This document shows, one piece after another, positions 1 to 8,159 of a stretch of DNA of 64,000 nt. Both the position numbers and the translations under genes were made by a program. Source of the stretch: a virus; IMG/VR virus record IMGVR_UViG_3300049491_000419, positions 1-64,000 of that record; one strand, given 5' to 3'. Each line of letters begins with the position of its first letter. Position 1 is the first letter of the stretch. The notes beneath the pieces are model-generated. The model did no database searches. It was not told the DNA's origin and was given only the letters and a program-made list of their open reading frames with translations.

Positions 1-14
1 AACTTACTGTAACT

Positions 15-257
15 ATGGAACACAACTATAAAAATTTTGAAAATGAGTTATGTGTATCCTATAACTGTAAACTATTGTTCTGGCAAGATGGGGCTAATGA
101 TAAGATAAAAAATATAGAGACTTGGCTTAGGGACTTAGTGGGAGAAGATAATTTTATTTTCGGCTTCGAGGATTATGGGCAGCACGGTGAATATATGCTG
201 TACACACGGTCAAGGGCGGACTTGCTTGCATTTAAGATACGGTGGTGTGATGCGTGA
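15..257 (+). CDS. small array-family protein
   Basis: ETWLRDLVG ... ADLLAFKIRW. Confidence 0.8.
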   Translation: MEHNYKNFENELCVSYNCKLLFWQDGANDKIKNIETWLRDLVGEDNFIFGFEDYGQHGEYMLYTRSRADLLAFKIRWCDA

Positions 258-450
258 ACATTCAAGTACAGATGGTGGTAACTATTCCCCTTACAGCATA
301 GCACTTCAACGCCCACATTATACAACTGAAATGGCATTATGGTGTCAAGCATTACCTGATGTACATTGGGTATATGGGCAGGGATGGATGACTATTCATT
401 TTGCACAGGAAGAAGATGTAACTGCCTTCAAGATTACATTCAAGATATGA
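250..450 (+). CDS. small array-family protein
   Basis: Start moved to ATG 250, overlapping the previous stop; LWCQ ... EEDVTAFKITFKI. Confidence 0.8.
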   Translation: MREHSSTDGGNYSPYSIALQRPHYTTEMALWCQALPDVHWVYGQGWMTIHFAQEEDVTAFKITFKI

Positions 451-623
451 AGTTGTTCTATATAAGAAGACATTTCGGGGAAGAACTTCAGAAGTCTGCC
501 TTAGAATGGCTAAGAGATAATGTAGTTGGCTTTGTAGTGTATAGATGTGACAATGGAGATATTTCTATACACAATTTGAAAGATGAAGAGTTAATTATTC
601 TTAAATTGAAATTTGGTTTATGA
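447..623 (+). CDS. small array-family protein
   Basis: ATGA overlap at 447-450; EWLRDN ... DEELIILKLKFGL. Confidence 0.8.
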   Translation: MKLFYIRRHFGEELQKSALEWLRDNVVGFVVYRCDNGDISIHNLKDEELIILKLKFGL

Positions 624-820
624 AATTTAATCTAGCATATACACAAGGTGGAGAGATACAGCAGTACCGCAACTTGAGAGAATGGTTGGAGCACAAAGGT
701 ATTGCACACAGCTTTGAATGGAACAATGGAAAGTATGTTGCTGATACTGTTGTGATTGAAGATGAAGAGGATGCTACTTTGTTTTCTCTAACAATGGGAT
801 ATGGACCTAAGAAGGTATAG
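620..820 (+). CDS. small array-family protein
   Basis: EWLEH ... EEDATLFSLTMG; ends in TAG. Confidence 0.8.
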   Translation: MKFNLAYTQGGEIQQYRNLREWLEHKGIAHSFEWNNGKYVADTVVIEDEEDATLFSLTMGYGPKKV

Positions 821-822
821 GG

Positions 823-1011
823 ATGAGATTCTCTAATAAGATTTTAGTAGATGGAACAGGTATGTTAACCTACTATAAAATGTGGTTGAAGGAATCTATG
901 GGTCCTAGAGGAAATGATTGGACTTGTTTTTGGGATGAGGCACAATGGTATGAATTTTCTTTTAGATACAAAGAAGATATGTTGATGTTTAAATTGAAGT
1001 ACGGATTATGA
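823..1011 (+). CDS. small array-family protein
   Basis: MWLKESMG ... KEDMLMFKLKYGL. Confidence 0.8.
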   Translation: MRFSNKILVDGTGMLTYYKMWLKESMGPRGNDWTCFWDEAQWYEFSFRYKEDMLMFKLKYGL

Positions 1012-1382
1012 AACAAGAACAATTAGTATTAGGTGAAGAATATACTGCCGGTGTGTTGCAGGGCATACCTATTTTCTGCATAAACAGATTGTACAACGTG
1101 CATAACGAAACTGTGTCTTTGCTATGCACTAGATATGTTTTTAAGTTTGATAATGGTTTTGGTGCAAGTATTGTTGATTTTAAAGATAAGATGTTCTCCG
1201 GTGGTGCTGATTATGAACTTGCTGTTATAGAGTGTATGCCGAATGGTAAGCATAAGATAACTTACGAAACAGAAGTGTGTGAAGATATTGAGCGTGGTGA
1301 TGCAAAATATATGCATGAATTGTTAACTAAGATTGAAGCATTGCGGATGCTTACTGTAAGCCGATTACAATTAAAAGGGTAG
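1008..1382 (+). CDS. hypothetical phage protein, not an array member
   Basis: FKFDNGFGASIV ... YELAVI motif typical of a phage hypothetical family; ATGA-coupled. Confidence 0.75.
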   Translation: MKQEQLVLGEEYTAGVLQGIPIFCINRLYNVHNETVSLLCTRYVFKFDNGFGASIVDFKDKMFSGGADYELAVIECMPNGKHKITYETEVCEDIERGDAKYMHELLTKIEALRMLTVSRLQLKG

Positions 1383-1464
1383 ATAACGTGTGTAGAGAAA
1401 TTTGCGTTTTACGCGCTTCGGCTTCGCCGTCGCACAGGATCCAACCCTAACCAGGCTTCCTAAA

Positions 1465-1662
1465 ATGATCATTGAATTTGGCCATCTAGCAGATAAAGAA
1501 GAGTACGAGATCTGGGAGGTGTGGTTGAATGGACATAATTGTTGTTGGCATTGGATAACAGATACGTTTGATCTTGGCAATGGAATGAAAGTAGAATGGA
1601 AGTCTGCTATAGAGATTGATGATGAAGACTGTACTGCCTTCATGTTAAAGTTTAAACTATGA
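1465..1662 (+). CDS. small array-family protein
   Basis: ATG 1465; VWLNGH ... DEDCTAFMLKFKL. Confidence 0.8.
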   Translation: MIIEFGHLADKEEYEIWEVWLNGHNCCWHWITDTFDLGNGMKVEWKSAIEIDDEDCTAFMLKFKL

Positions 1663-1853
1663 CTTTTATTGACTTGAAGGGTAAGGAACTAACATTAGAA
1701 ATGCGTATGTGGATACATCGCAACACTACCTCTAGATGGAAGTATGGAGAGAAGATGGCCAGGAATGGTGTATGGAGACAACGTAGGGAAGTGTTAGGGA
1801 TTTGGATGGATCAAGAAGATGCTAGTGTGTTTAGACTAAAGTTTATGTTATGA
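1659..1853 (+). CDS. small array-family protein
   Basis: MWIHRN ... QEDASVFRLKFML. Confidence 0.8.
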   Translation: MTFIDLKGKELTLEMRMWIHRNTTSRWKYGEKMARNGVWRQRREVLGIWMDQEDASVFRLKFML

Positions 1854-2080
1854 AGAAGATATATTTGTTTCCTAAAGATCCATTGCCACGAGCAATACTG
1901 GCAATGCTTGATATTGACAAGATTGATCGGATTGGAAAATGGTTAGCTGCTTTACCTCCAACTAAAAGAGGTAGTTTGGCTTATAGGATGACAAGTGGCA
2001 TTGGCGGTGGGAAGGTCCCGGCCGTCGTATTTGTTAGACGTGATGATGCTATCGCATTTAGATTAAAGTTTGGACTATGA
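1850..2080 (+). CDS. small array-family protein
   Basis: KWLAA ... RDDAIAFRLKFGL. Confidence 0.8.
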   Translation: MKKIYLFPKDPLPRAILAMLDIDKIDRIGKWLAALPPTKRGSLAYRMTSGIGGGKVPAVVFVRRDDAIAFRLKFGL

Positions 2081-2271
2081 AAATAATTTATCCAGTTGCA
2101 AGAATTGAACCATTACAAGAAGTGATTGATGATTGGTGTAATGAGAACTCGGTGTATTATGATTTCGCTTGGGATGAGAATAGCGGAGAAGAATATAATG
2201 AACACAACTATGAGTTTGAATTCCAAGATGACGATCAGTACATTGACTTTGTTTTGAAGTTCGGCCTATGA
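2077..2271 (+). CDS. small array-family protein (acidic)
   Basis: DWCNEN ... DDQYIDFVLKFGL. Confidence 0.8.
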   Translation: MKIIYPVARIEPLQEVIDDWCNENSVYYDFAWDENSGEEYNEHNYEFEFQDDDQYIDFVLKFGL

Positions 2272-2543
2272 TGGGCGTAACAATGGCGGCCCCGATTGAA
2301 TACGAGGGCCCTATGAAAAGCGAACGGTTTGTTAGCTGCTGGCCGGCAATGAAGCTAATTGAAAAATGTGTCGATCGTTCCGAGCTTGGAAACTCGTACA
2401 TATCTTGGTTGCAAGATCGCGGGATTCCTTATACCACAAGCAGGGTAAGTGGATACTCTGGTGTCTGTAAAAATGAGCTGGTTGGCCTCTACATAGACGA
2501 CGATGCAGATAGGAATGCATTCAAGCTAACATTTGGATTATGA
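2268..2543 (+). CDS. small array-family protein
   Basis: SWLQDRG ... DADRNAFKLTFGL. Confidence 0.8.
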   Translation: MMGVTMAAPIEYEGPMKSERFVSCWPAMKLIEKCVDRSELGNSYISWLQDRGIPYTTSRVSGYSGVCKNELVGLYIDDDADRNAFKLTFGL

Positions 2544-2752
2544 AATATTACACAGCAATCCCGGAATGGTATCGACTTGTTAGTATCAGCGAACAGCATA
2601 AGATCTTCGGCGAGTATCGTACATGGTTGGAAGAGAATATAGGAGTTGAACATAAGGATTGGGAATATAACACAGGCGATATACATGCTCGTGGAGTAAG
2701 TGTTCCTACAAAGGGAGACTTGATAGCATTCAAGCTAAAGTTTAAGATATGA
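2540..2752 (+). CDS. small array-family protein
   Basis: TWLEENIG ... KGDLIAFKLKFKI. Confidence 0.8.
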   Translation: MKYYTAIPEWYRLVSISEQHKIFGEYRTWLEENIGVEHKDWEYNTGDIHARGVSVPTKGDLIAFKLKFKI

Positions 2753-2943
2753 AACGTATACAGTTGCGGAAGAATGAAATACTTAAGGTGCCGTTGCGAG
2801 ATTGGCTCTTAACTAATATAGGTGGATATGATGTTCAGTGGTCACATGATCACTGCACAAACCATATTATATTCTTTCGTGATGAAGATGCTTCTTACTT
2901 TGTTTTAGCTCATAAAGAACATGGCGTACAGAATCACTCTTGA
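2749..2943 (+). CDS. small array-family protein
   Basis: DWLLTNIG ... DEDASYFVL. Confidence 0.75.
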   Translation: MKRIQLRKNEILKVPLRDWLLTNIGGYDVQWSHDHCTNHIIFFRDEDASYFVLAHKEHGVQNHS

Positions 2944-3148
2944 CATCTCAGGCCAATCCTATACAGAACTTGCCGATGTTTTGATTTGGTGCCATAATAA
3001 TATGTGCATTGATAAGGATTGGCAATACTCTGACGAGGTAGTAAATATACACGGGGTGGAGGTTAATCGTCCGACTTACCTTTTCCTAAATAATGAGGAA
3101 GACCTTTTAGCTCTAACATTGGCGGTTCCATTTGTACATAAACGATAA
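2921..3148 (+). CDS. small array-family protein
   Basis: IWCHNN ... EEDLLALTL. Confidence 0.75.
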   Translation: MAYRITLDISGQSYTELADVLIWCHNNMCIDKDWQYSDEVVNIHGVEVNRPTYLFLNNEEDLLALTLAVPFVHKR

Positions 3149-3341
3149 CATCAATGTAAAGATTCCTCTTCTATTGAACAGTAAGAAGTCAGCAGTTCAA
3201 TTAAGAGAATATGAGACGTGGTTAAAGGAAAGAAACATTAAATACACTCTAGTGTATGTGCCGATCTGGGACACTGCACCTGCATCCATAAACATGCGTA
3301 ATGAGGATGCATTAGTCTTCAAAATGGTGTTTGGATTATGA
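3132..3341 (+). CDS. small array-family protein
   Basis: TTG start; TWLKERN ... NEDALVFKMVFGL. Confidence 0.75.
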   Translation: MYINDNINVKIPLLLNSKKSAVQLREYETWLKERNIKYTLVYVPIWDTAPASINMRNEDALVFKMVFGL

Positions 3342-3619
3342 GCCGTAATAAGTTTCTATTAGATTTTGATTTGGGTGTTCCGGAAACAATACATTCTCCG
3401 TATTGGGTTACCTGGAGATTGGAAATAGAGAAGAGAATGAGAGATTGGTGTGTTGAACGACTTGGGGAAGAGGGATTCCCGAATTGGCAGTTCAGTACAC
3501 GATATATTCATACTGATGATTTGACTTCACCGAGACCAGTAGACATCATGATGGCTGACGGCATATTCATATTTGACGAAGCATCACGAGCAGCATTTAA
3601 ACTAACATTCGAACTATGA
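3338..3619 (+). CDS. small array-family protein
   Basis: DWCVERLG ... EASRAAFKLTFEL. Confidence 0.8.
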   Translation: MSRNKFLLDFDLGVPETIHSPYWVTWRLEIEKRMRDWCVERLGEEGFPNWQFSTRYIHTDDLTSPRPVDIMMADGIFIFDEASRAAFKLTFEL

Positions 3620-3837
3620 TTTATATTCCAATTCCACTTGAAGACATCCGCGGCGGCAAGCTTCAGTGGATTAGAGATAATGTCCAGAGGACTGATTACA
3701 AGTTACGTGTTCACAGAAAGCACTGCAATTTTTATGCTGGCGTACATATGAATGAACAAGATGCCTTATTCTTTATGATTAAGTTTGGTATTACAATGCA
3801 AAACGGAAGAGTAGTCTTTAATGAGTTTGCAGAATAG
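3616..3837 (+). CDS. small array-family protein
   Basis: QWIRDN ... EQDALFFMIKFGI. Confidence 0.8.
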   Translation: MIYIPIPLEDIRGGKLQWIRDNVQRTDYKLRVHRKHCNFYAGVHMNEQDALFFMIKFGITMQNGRVVFNEFAE

Positions 3838-4084
3838 AATCGCACTTAATGTTAAGTGGAGTAAGAACTCGTGGACTGATAAGGATCAATGGCCACCGGT
3901 ATGGCCTTCACAGGCACACATAGATGAATACAAGACTTGGTGCAAGAGTAACATTGGTACCAATGGTTGGAACTATTACGGGTACTATAGAAAGATTCCA
4001 TGTGAGTTTAGATTCAAGCGCTCTGAAGACCTACTAGCATTCAAATTAACATTTGGCTTCCATCATGATAAAATACATGTTTAA
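3821..4084 (+). CDS. small array-family protein
   Basis: TWCKSNIG ... SEDLLAFKLTFGF. Confidence 0.8.
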   Translation: MSLQNRIALNVKWSKNSWTDKDQWPPVWPSQAHIDEYKTWCKSNIGTNGWNYYGYYRKIPCEFRFKRSEDLLAFKLTFGFHHDKIHV

Positions 4085-4292
4085 GGATCTGATGAAGTCG
4101 TGGGATAAGGCTGCGTGGATTGAGTCTTGGTCAATAGTTGGTGATGTACGAGACCTTTGTGAGAAGAATGTCGGAAGAGAAAATGGACATTGGCATTTTA
4201 TTGATGTAGATGGCAACAAGACAACAGCACTTCCACATGGTATAGTGTTCTATGAAGATTGTGATGCCACTCGATTTAAGTTAGTTCTATGA
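4065..4292 (+). CDS. small array-family protein
   Basis: ATG 4065; LCEKNVG ... DCDATRFKLVL. Confidence 0.75.
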   Translation: MIKYMFKDLMKSWDKAAWIESWSIVGDVRDLCEKNVGRENGHWHFIDVDGNKTTALPHGIVFYEDCDATRFKLVL

Positions 4293-4492
4293 GTCAAGTT
4301 ACTGTTATACTTAAATATTCGGGTGGATATTTTGATAAGCTAGGTCAACATAGGATCCTAGAAAATTGGTTGACCTCCCGGGAGATAGCTCATACATTTA
4401 TGTTAATGGATTCATATGAGCCAGAGATACCGCATGTGGTATTGTTACAAGCTAGAGATGCAACAGCCTTTAAACTGAGATTTGGATTATGA
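4289..4492 (+). CDS. small array-family protein
   Basis: NWLTSRE ... ARDATAFKLRFGL. Confidence 0.8.
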   Translation: MSQVTVILKYSGGYFDKLGQHRILENWLTSREIAHTFMLMDSYEPEIPHVVLLQARDATAFKLRFGL

Positions 4493-4755
4493 GCGACAAA
4501 ATTACAGTTTCCTTCTTTCCGCGTCACCGTGAATACACAACCGAGCAGCACGAAGAAGCCATCGTGAAGTATCGTGAATGGTTGGACGAACACGGCCGTT
4601 ACGGTAAGCTTTACATGATGAACATTGGTAAGGTGCCGAAAGATATGAAGGCTGATGGTGAAGAAGACAAGCCCACCATCCAGTCTACAATGATCGGCAT
4701 CAATATCTACGATGGAGAGATTGCGCTACTGTTCCGCATTATGTTCAACCTGTGA
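4489..4755 (+). CDS. small array-family protein
   Basis: EWLDEHG ... GEIALLFRIMFNL. Confidence 0.75.
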   Translation: MSDKITVSFFPRHREYTTEQHEEAIVKYREWLDEHGRYGKLYMMNIGKVPKDMKADGEEDKPTIQSTMIGINIYDGEIALLFRIMFNL

Positions 4756-5015
4756 TGCACTTCCAATACATTACCGAACTCTATAAAGACAATAAGGGTT
4801 CGGTTACCACAGCCCGTATTATTGGCGAATGGTTACGTGTAAATGTTGGCGAGGAAGGATCTGCCAGAGAACCTAGCAACAAATTTGACTGGGCTTGGAG
4901 CTTAACTTCGCACTCACACGGATCTGCACCAGTTGGTATATATTTTGTTCGCCCCGAAGATAAGACACGATTCAGATTAAGCTTTGGAATACGACAAGGG
5001 CGATCAGAAAGATAA
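4752..5015 (+). CDS. small array-family protein
   Basis: EWLRVNVG ... PEDKTRFRLSFGI. Confidence 0.8.
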   Translation: MMHFQYITELYKDNKGSVTTARIIGEWLRVNVGEEGSAREPSNKFDWAWSLTSHSHGSAPVGIYFVRPEDKTRFRLSFGIRQGRSER

Positions 5016-5043
5016 ATACTCTCAATTAACTTGAGGGAATGGT

Positions 5044-5289
5044 ATGAAGTCATACAGGTTGCAGGACATACTTCCAAGCTTAGAAACCGTAGATGCCTAC
5101 CTCACTTATCGTTATATAGAAGAATGGTGTCACACCAATCTATCAAAGGAGAGGTGGCGATTTGACTACTCCTCAACGATATGCGCTCATGGTGTTGATA
5201 TACCTGGTCGTATATTTTTTTGGAAGGATGAAGATGCTGTTGCCTTCCGCCTGCAATACCGTGTGATTAGTCCTGGATCATCCACTTGA
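5044..5289 (+). CDS. small array-family protein (last member)
   Basis: EWCHTN ... DEDAVAFRLQY; GATAAATA at 5011-5018 and a GAGGG RBS upstream. Confidence 0.8.
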   Translation: MKSYRLQDILPSLETVDAYLTYRYIEEWCHTNLSKERWRFDYSSTICAHGVDIPGRIFFWKDEDAVAFRLQYRVISPGSST

Positions 5290-5314
5290 CCGTGTGCTAA
5301 CATCCTAATACAAT
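5286..5314 (+). promoter_or_regulatory. sigma70-type early/middle promoter
   Basis: TTGACC-N17-TACAAT just upstream of 5339. Confidence 0.75.
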
Positions 5315-5338
5315 TGCGACACACAGACAGGACTACAC

Positions 5339-5815
5339 ATGGAACCTACTACACTTATTCTGGTGCTTTCTATCCCTGCATTGATTGCGGGTGTGGCGTT
5401 GGCAGTACAAAATCGCAAGGCAACTGATACACATATCATTGATGCTGCTCGCGAACGTGCGAAGCAACGGACCCATGAACGTGCCTTTGCCGATACCGAA
5501 CCCGAAGACGACCCTTATCGCACCGGCCTTAACTTTGTTATGGAGTCTGGTGTGGCAGTTACCGAGGATGCATTCACCAGTCACGGGCAACCATTGTCGG
5601 CTGAGCAAGCTCACACCATTGGGATGATCTTTGAGGGTTACCGCCCCGAGGTGAAGCATCGTGCCTCCAACAGTCTTGGTAAGACTCCAATGATGGCTGC
5701 TGGTGTTCCGTTGAACCTTACCGCTCTGGACAGCCGTAATAGCGTGTTGTCGGATTTGAGCGGTCCGGAATACCTGGCACCCGAAGTTGTTTGGCCGGAT
5801 CATATCCGTGGCTAA
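5339..5815 (+). CDS. hypothetical protein with N-terminal membrane anchor
   Basis: Hydrophobic residues 6-22; promoter and AGGA RBS upstream. Confidence 0.7.
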   Translation: MEPTTLILVLSIPALIAGVALAVQNRKATDTHIIDAARERAKQRTHERAFADTEPEDDPYRTGLNFVMESGVAVTEDAFTSHGQPLSAEQAHTIGMIFEGYRPEVKHRASNSLGKTPMMAAGVPLNLTALDSRNSVLSDLSGPEYLAPEVVWPDHIRG

Positions 5816-6026
5816 AGACGACATCGTTGCTGCTCGCTTGGATTTGATTGCTGCTAAAGCACGAATCCTTGCTGAGCAATATAAGAATAATCAACATTGG
5901 GATGGCGATCTTCGCCGCGGTCTCGATGAGATTGAAAGGGAAATTGCTTCCATAAGAGGTGGCAGCAACGAGCGTGGCGGATGGGCCACTACGGGCGGTG
6001 GTAACTGGTACCCCGACGATAAGTAA
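5808..6026 (+). CDS. hypothetical helical protein
   Basis: GTG 5808 overlapping the previous stop. Confidence 0.6.
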   Translation: MAKDDIVAARLDLIAAKARILAEQYKNNQHWDGDLRRGLDEIEREIASIRGGSNERGGWATTGGGNWYPDDK

Positions 6027-6045
6027 CATTTTATAAGGACATACC

Positions 6046-6306
6046 ATGAAGTAGGTTGACATTATCGCTAAGGAAGCTATCTTTCACTTTAATAAGGGCC
6101 ATTTGGCTGATCCAACGATCCCCATGTGGGTTATTAAGGCAAAGGGTGAGACGCATTACATTAATCACATTACTGCGGATTGCCCGTGGAGTACGAAAGA
6201 GTCTCCCGATAATCCATCTACCAAGGGTAGTCTTAAGTTTAAGAACTGTCGAATCATCATCGACGAAAATCTCGAAGCCACAATCACAAAGGCCGAAATA
6301 TGTTAA
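6046..6306 (+). CDS. hypothetical phage protein with in-frame TAG at codon 3 (otherwise TTG start at 6103)
   Basis: AAGGA RBS then ATG AAG TAG GTT..., in frame with IFHFNKGHLADPTIPMWVIKAKGETHY. Confidence 0.6.
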
Positions 6307-6479
6307 TGAAAGAAGACGTTGAACGCATTATCGAAAATGTGTTATCTGAATTACAGATTAATGTCTACAGCGGTGGCTTCACCGATCCCAATCGCCGTGA
6401 AGTTAAACTGACACTTGGCAATAGGGTTATCTCCACAGCATATTTTGATGTAGTACAAACTCCGGAATACGAGGATTGA
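6300..6479 (+). CDS. hypothetical protein, 59 aa (not in ORF track)
   Basis: MLMKEDVERIIENVLSEL...YED*; fills the gap between flanking genes. Confidence 0.65.
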   Translation: MLMKEDVERIIENVLSELQINVYSGGFTDPNRREVKLTLGNRVISTAYFDVVQTPEYED

Positions 6480-6480
6480 T

Positions 6481-6678
6481 ATGGGACTAGATCTGTTGAT
6501 GGTACTGTTCAGTCTTCTGATCATGTTTGTCCCGACAATGATTGCGTTCAATCGCAATCTTAAGCGTCGTTGGGCATGCTTCTGGGTTAACTTGTTATTT
6601 GGATGGACAATCATCCTGTGGGTTCCATTGGTTGTCTGGAGCTTGCTAACAAGTGCGATCGAAACAACTACTCCATAG
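6481..6678 (+). CDS. imm: superinfection immunity protein (T4 Imm family)
   Basis: FVPTMIA..R......FWVNLLFGWTIILWV..VWS matches the Imm pattern. Confidence 0.8.
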   Translation: MGLDLLMVLFSLLIMFVPTMIAFNRNLKRRWACFWVNLLFGWTIILWVPLVVWSLLTSAIETTTP

Positions 6679-6753
6679 GATAGGTTGGGAAATTGGTTTC
6701 GCAATAGGCGCGATAATCAAACTCCTAAAGCTCATCATTAATCCCTTTTCAAA

Positions 6754-6837
6754 ATGACAATCCTAATCATTATTGGTGTTGTCCTCCTGATAGGATTTGC
6801 TGTCTCTTGTTTCCTTGCTTGGTGGAACTCGTACTAA
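6754..6837 (+). CDS. 27-aa single-TM peptide
   Basis: MTILIIIGVVLLIGFAVSCFLAWWNSY*. Confidence 0.45.
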   Translation: MTILIIIGVVLLIGFAVSCFLAWWNSY

Positions 6838-6844
6838 ATAGTAC

Positions 6845-7540
6845 GTGAATCGATTTCAAATGACATTAGGTACAAGCTCAATTGGGTTCAACGAGGTTGT
6901 ACGTTTAAATCTCCGAAACCCTGTAGCTGATCAACTCCGCCGCAGAAAACTCTTCGCTCGACGCAGCAGAGAAGAGGGTGATCCAAATGCACTCAAAAAG
7001 ATTATAGAAAACAATGCTTCATTGCGTGTTGATTTCGGTTGGGCATTTGAATCGGAGCACTTCTACAAACAGGTTATAAATGATTGCATAAGGGAAGTTC
7101 TCCCTAAGTACATGGATCAGGCTGGGCTAATGACTGCCGACGGAACCTGCAGCTGGATTGGGTTTGTTCCACACAATGCTTACGATAGGGAAGTCTATAA
7201 AGACATGCCCGTCTATAGTCTGATACAATTCAATAACGAGCTTATTGGCTTTCAGATAGAGGTTGTTGAATTTATTTCTAATCATCATCTGTTTAGGCAA
7301 CATGCATTTATGCGTGATGACCAATATAGATTTTCAAAGTTTAAGAGTATTAGAAAAGATAGATTGGCGATGACTGAAGCCTATCACTATTACATGACTG
7401 CCCTGCATGAGGTAAGCTTGATTCCTGCAATCTCTAGAGATATCATTGAGGAACAGATTGGTTGTCATTTTCTGTATCAGCCAGATTTGTTTTTCGAGTT
7501 ACTAGAGTTCTCTATACTCAAGGGAGAGATATATGGATAA
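6845..7540 (+). CDS. hypothetical protein
   Basis: 231-aa ORF; start uncertain. Confidence 0.65.
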   Translation: MNRFQMTLGTSSIGFNEVVRLNLRNPVADQLRRRKLFARRSREEGDPNALKKIIENNASLRVDFGWAFESEHFYKQVINDCIREVLPKYMDQAGLMTADGTCSWIGFVPHNAYDREVYKDMPVYSLIQFNNELIGFQIEVVEFISNHHLFRQHAFMRDDQYRFSKFKSIRKDRLAMTEAYHYYMTALHEVSLIPAISRDIIEEQIGCHFLYQPDLFFELLEFSILKGEIYG

Positions 7541-7793
7541 ATCTGAATTGTTTAAAAAGATTGATGGCATGAACATGGATGAGCTCTGTGATTACCACAG
7601 GGCAGCTACAAGCTCATCCAGGATTATTGATGTGCTTGGTGTTGCTATTCTCTTCTCAATGATACTCTTCTACAACGGAATTGTATTACTTGCTGGAACC
7701 TTTATCGTCTACGGGCTTGCAAACATTGCAGCATCTATGGGTAGAACAATTGATTTCATTGAAGAGAGGATTGTTAATCTGTCTGATAAATAA
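7533..7793 (+). CDS. membrane protein (two TM segments)
   Basis: Hydrophobic central region; GGGAGA RBS. Confidence 0.7.
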   Translation: MDKSELFKKIDGMNMDELCDYHRAATSSSRIIDVLGVAILFSMILFYNGIVLLAGTFIVYGLANIAASMGRTIDFIEERIVNLSDK

Positions 7794-7796
7794 CAG

Positions 7797-8159
7797 ATGC
7801 AATATCCATATCCAAGTTACGCAGTCTGCACACCGCAAGGCACAGTGGCACTCGATGCAAGTGTGCAAGCGGTAATCAACGCAATTAACACAAAATCAGT
7901 CATTCCCTACGGTGACTACGGTGGTCCATCGGTCTACTACTTCCAGACATTTGACAACGGTCTTGGTAATTTGGTTTACACGATTTTTGACAAGAACACC
8001 ACTCTTGGTCTAGCAAGCTTCATGGTTCGCTATGGTGCAGCAGCAACAATCCGCCAAGTCCTATTCCAACCCTTCCCGCGTAGTCAGATTGATCTACAGT
8101 TTCTAATCCTTCCTACTGTTCCAGTAGCAAGCTATACAAACGGCACAGTCACCCCTTGA
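7797..8159 (+). CDS. hypothetical protein, probably late-expressed
   Basis: TGATAAATA at 7784-7792 directly upstream. Confidence 0.7.
   Translation: MQYPYPSYAVCTPQGTVALDASVQAVINAINTKSVIPYGDYGGPSVYYFQTFDNGLGNLVYTIFDKNTTLGLASFMVRYGAAATIRQVLFQPFPRSQIDLQFLILPTVPVASYTNGTVTP

Larger units (their letters stand above)
15..5289 (+). repeat. Tandem array of about 22 paralogous small ORFs (one unrelated ORF at 1008-1382); may continue left of the window
   Basis: Consecutive 58-93 aa ORFs, mostly joined by ATGA overlaps, each with W(L/C) in the first helix and C-terminal (E/D)D-x-x-x-F-(K/R)-L-x-F-G-L or a variant. Confidence 0.9.

Noticed and set aside
15-5289. Integron-like cassette array, DGR or CRISPR array
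   Set aside because: No conserved DNA repeat or attC-like palindrome between units; similarity is at protein level with synonymous variation; no integrase, reverse transcriptase or cas gene in the window
6056-6083. sigma70 promoter TTGACA-N16-TATCTT
   Set aside because: Lies inside the probable coding region starting at 6046 and has suboptimal spacing; cannot be distinguished from chance
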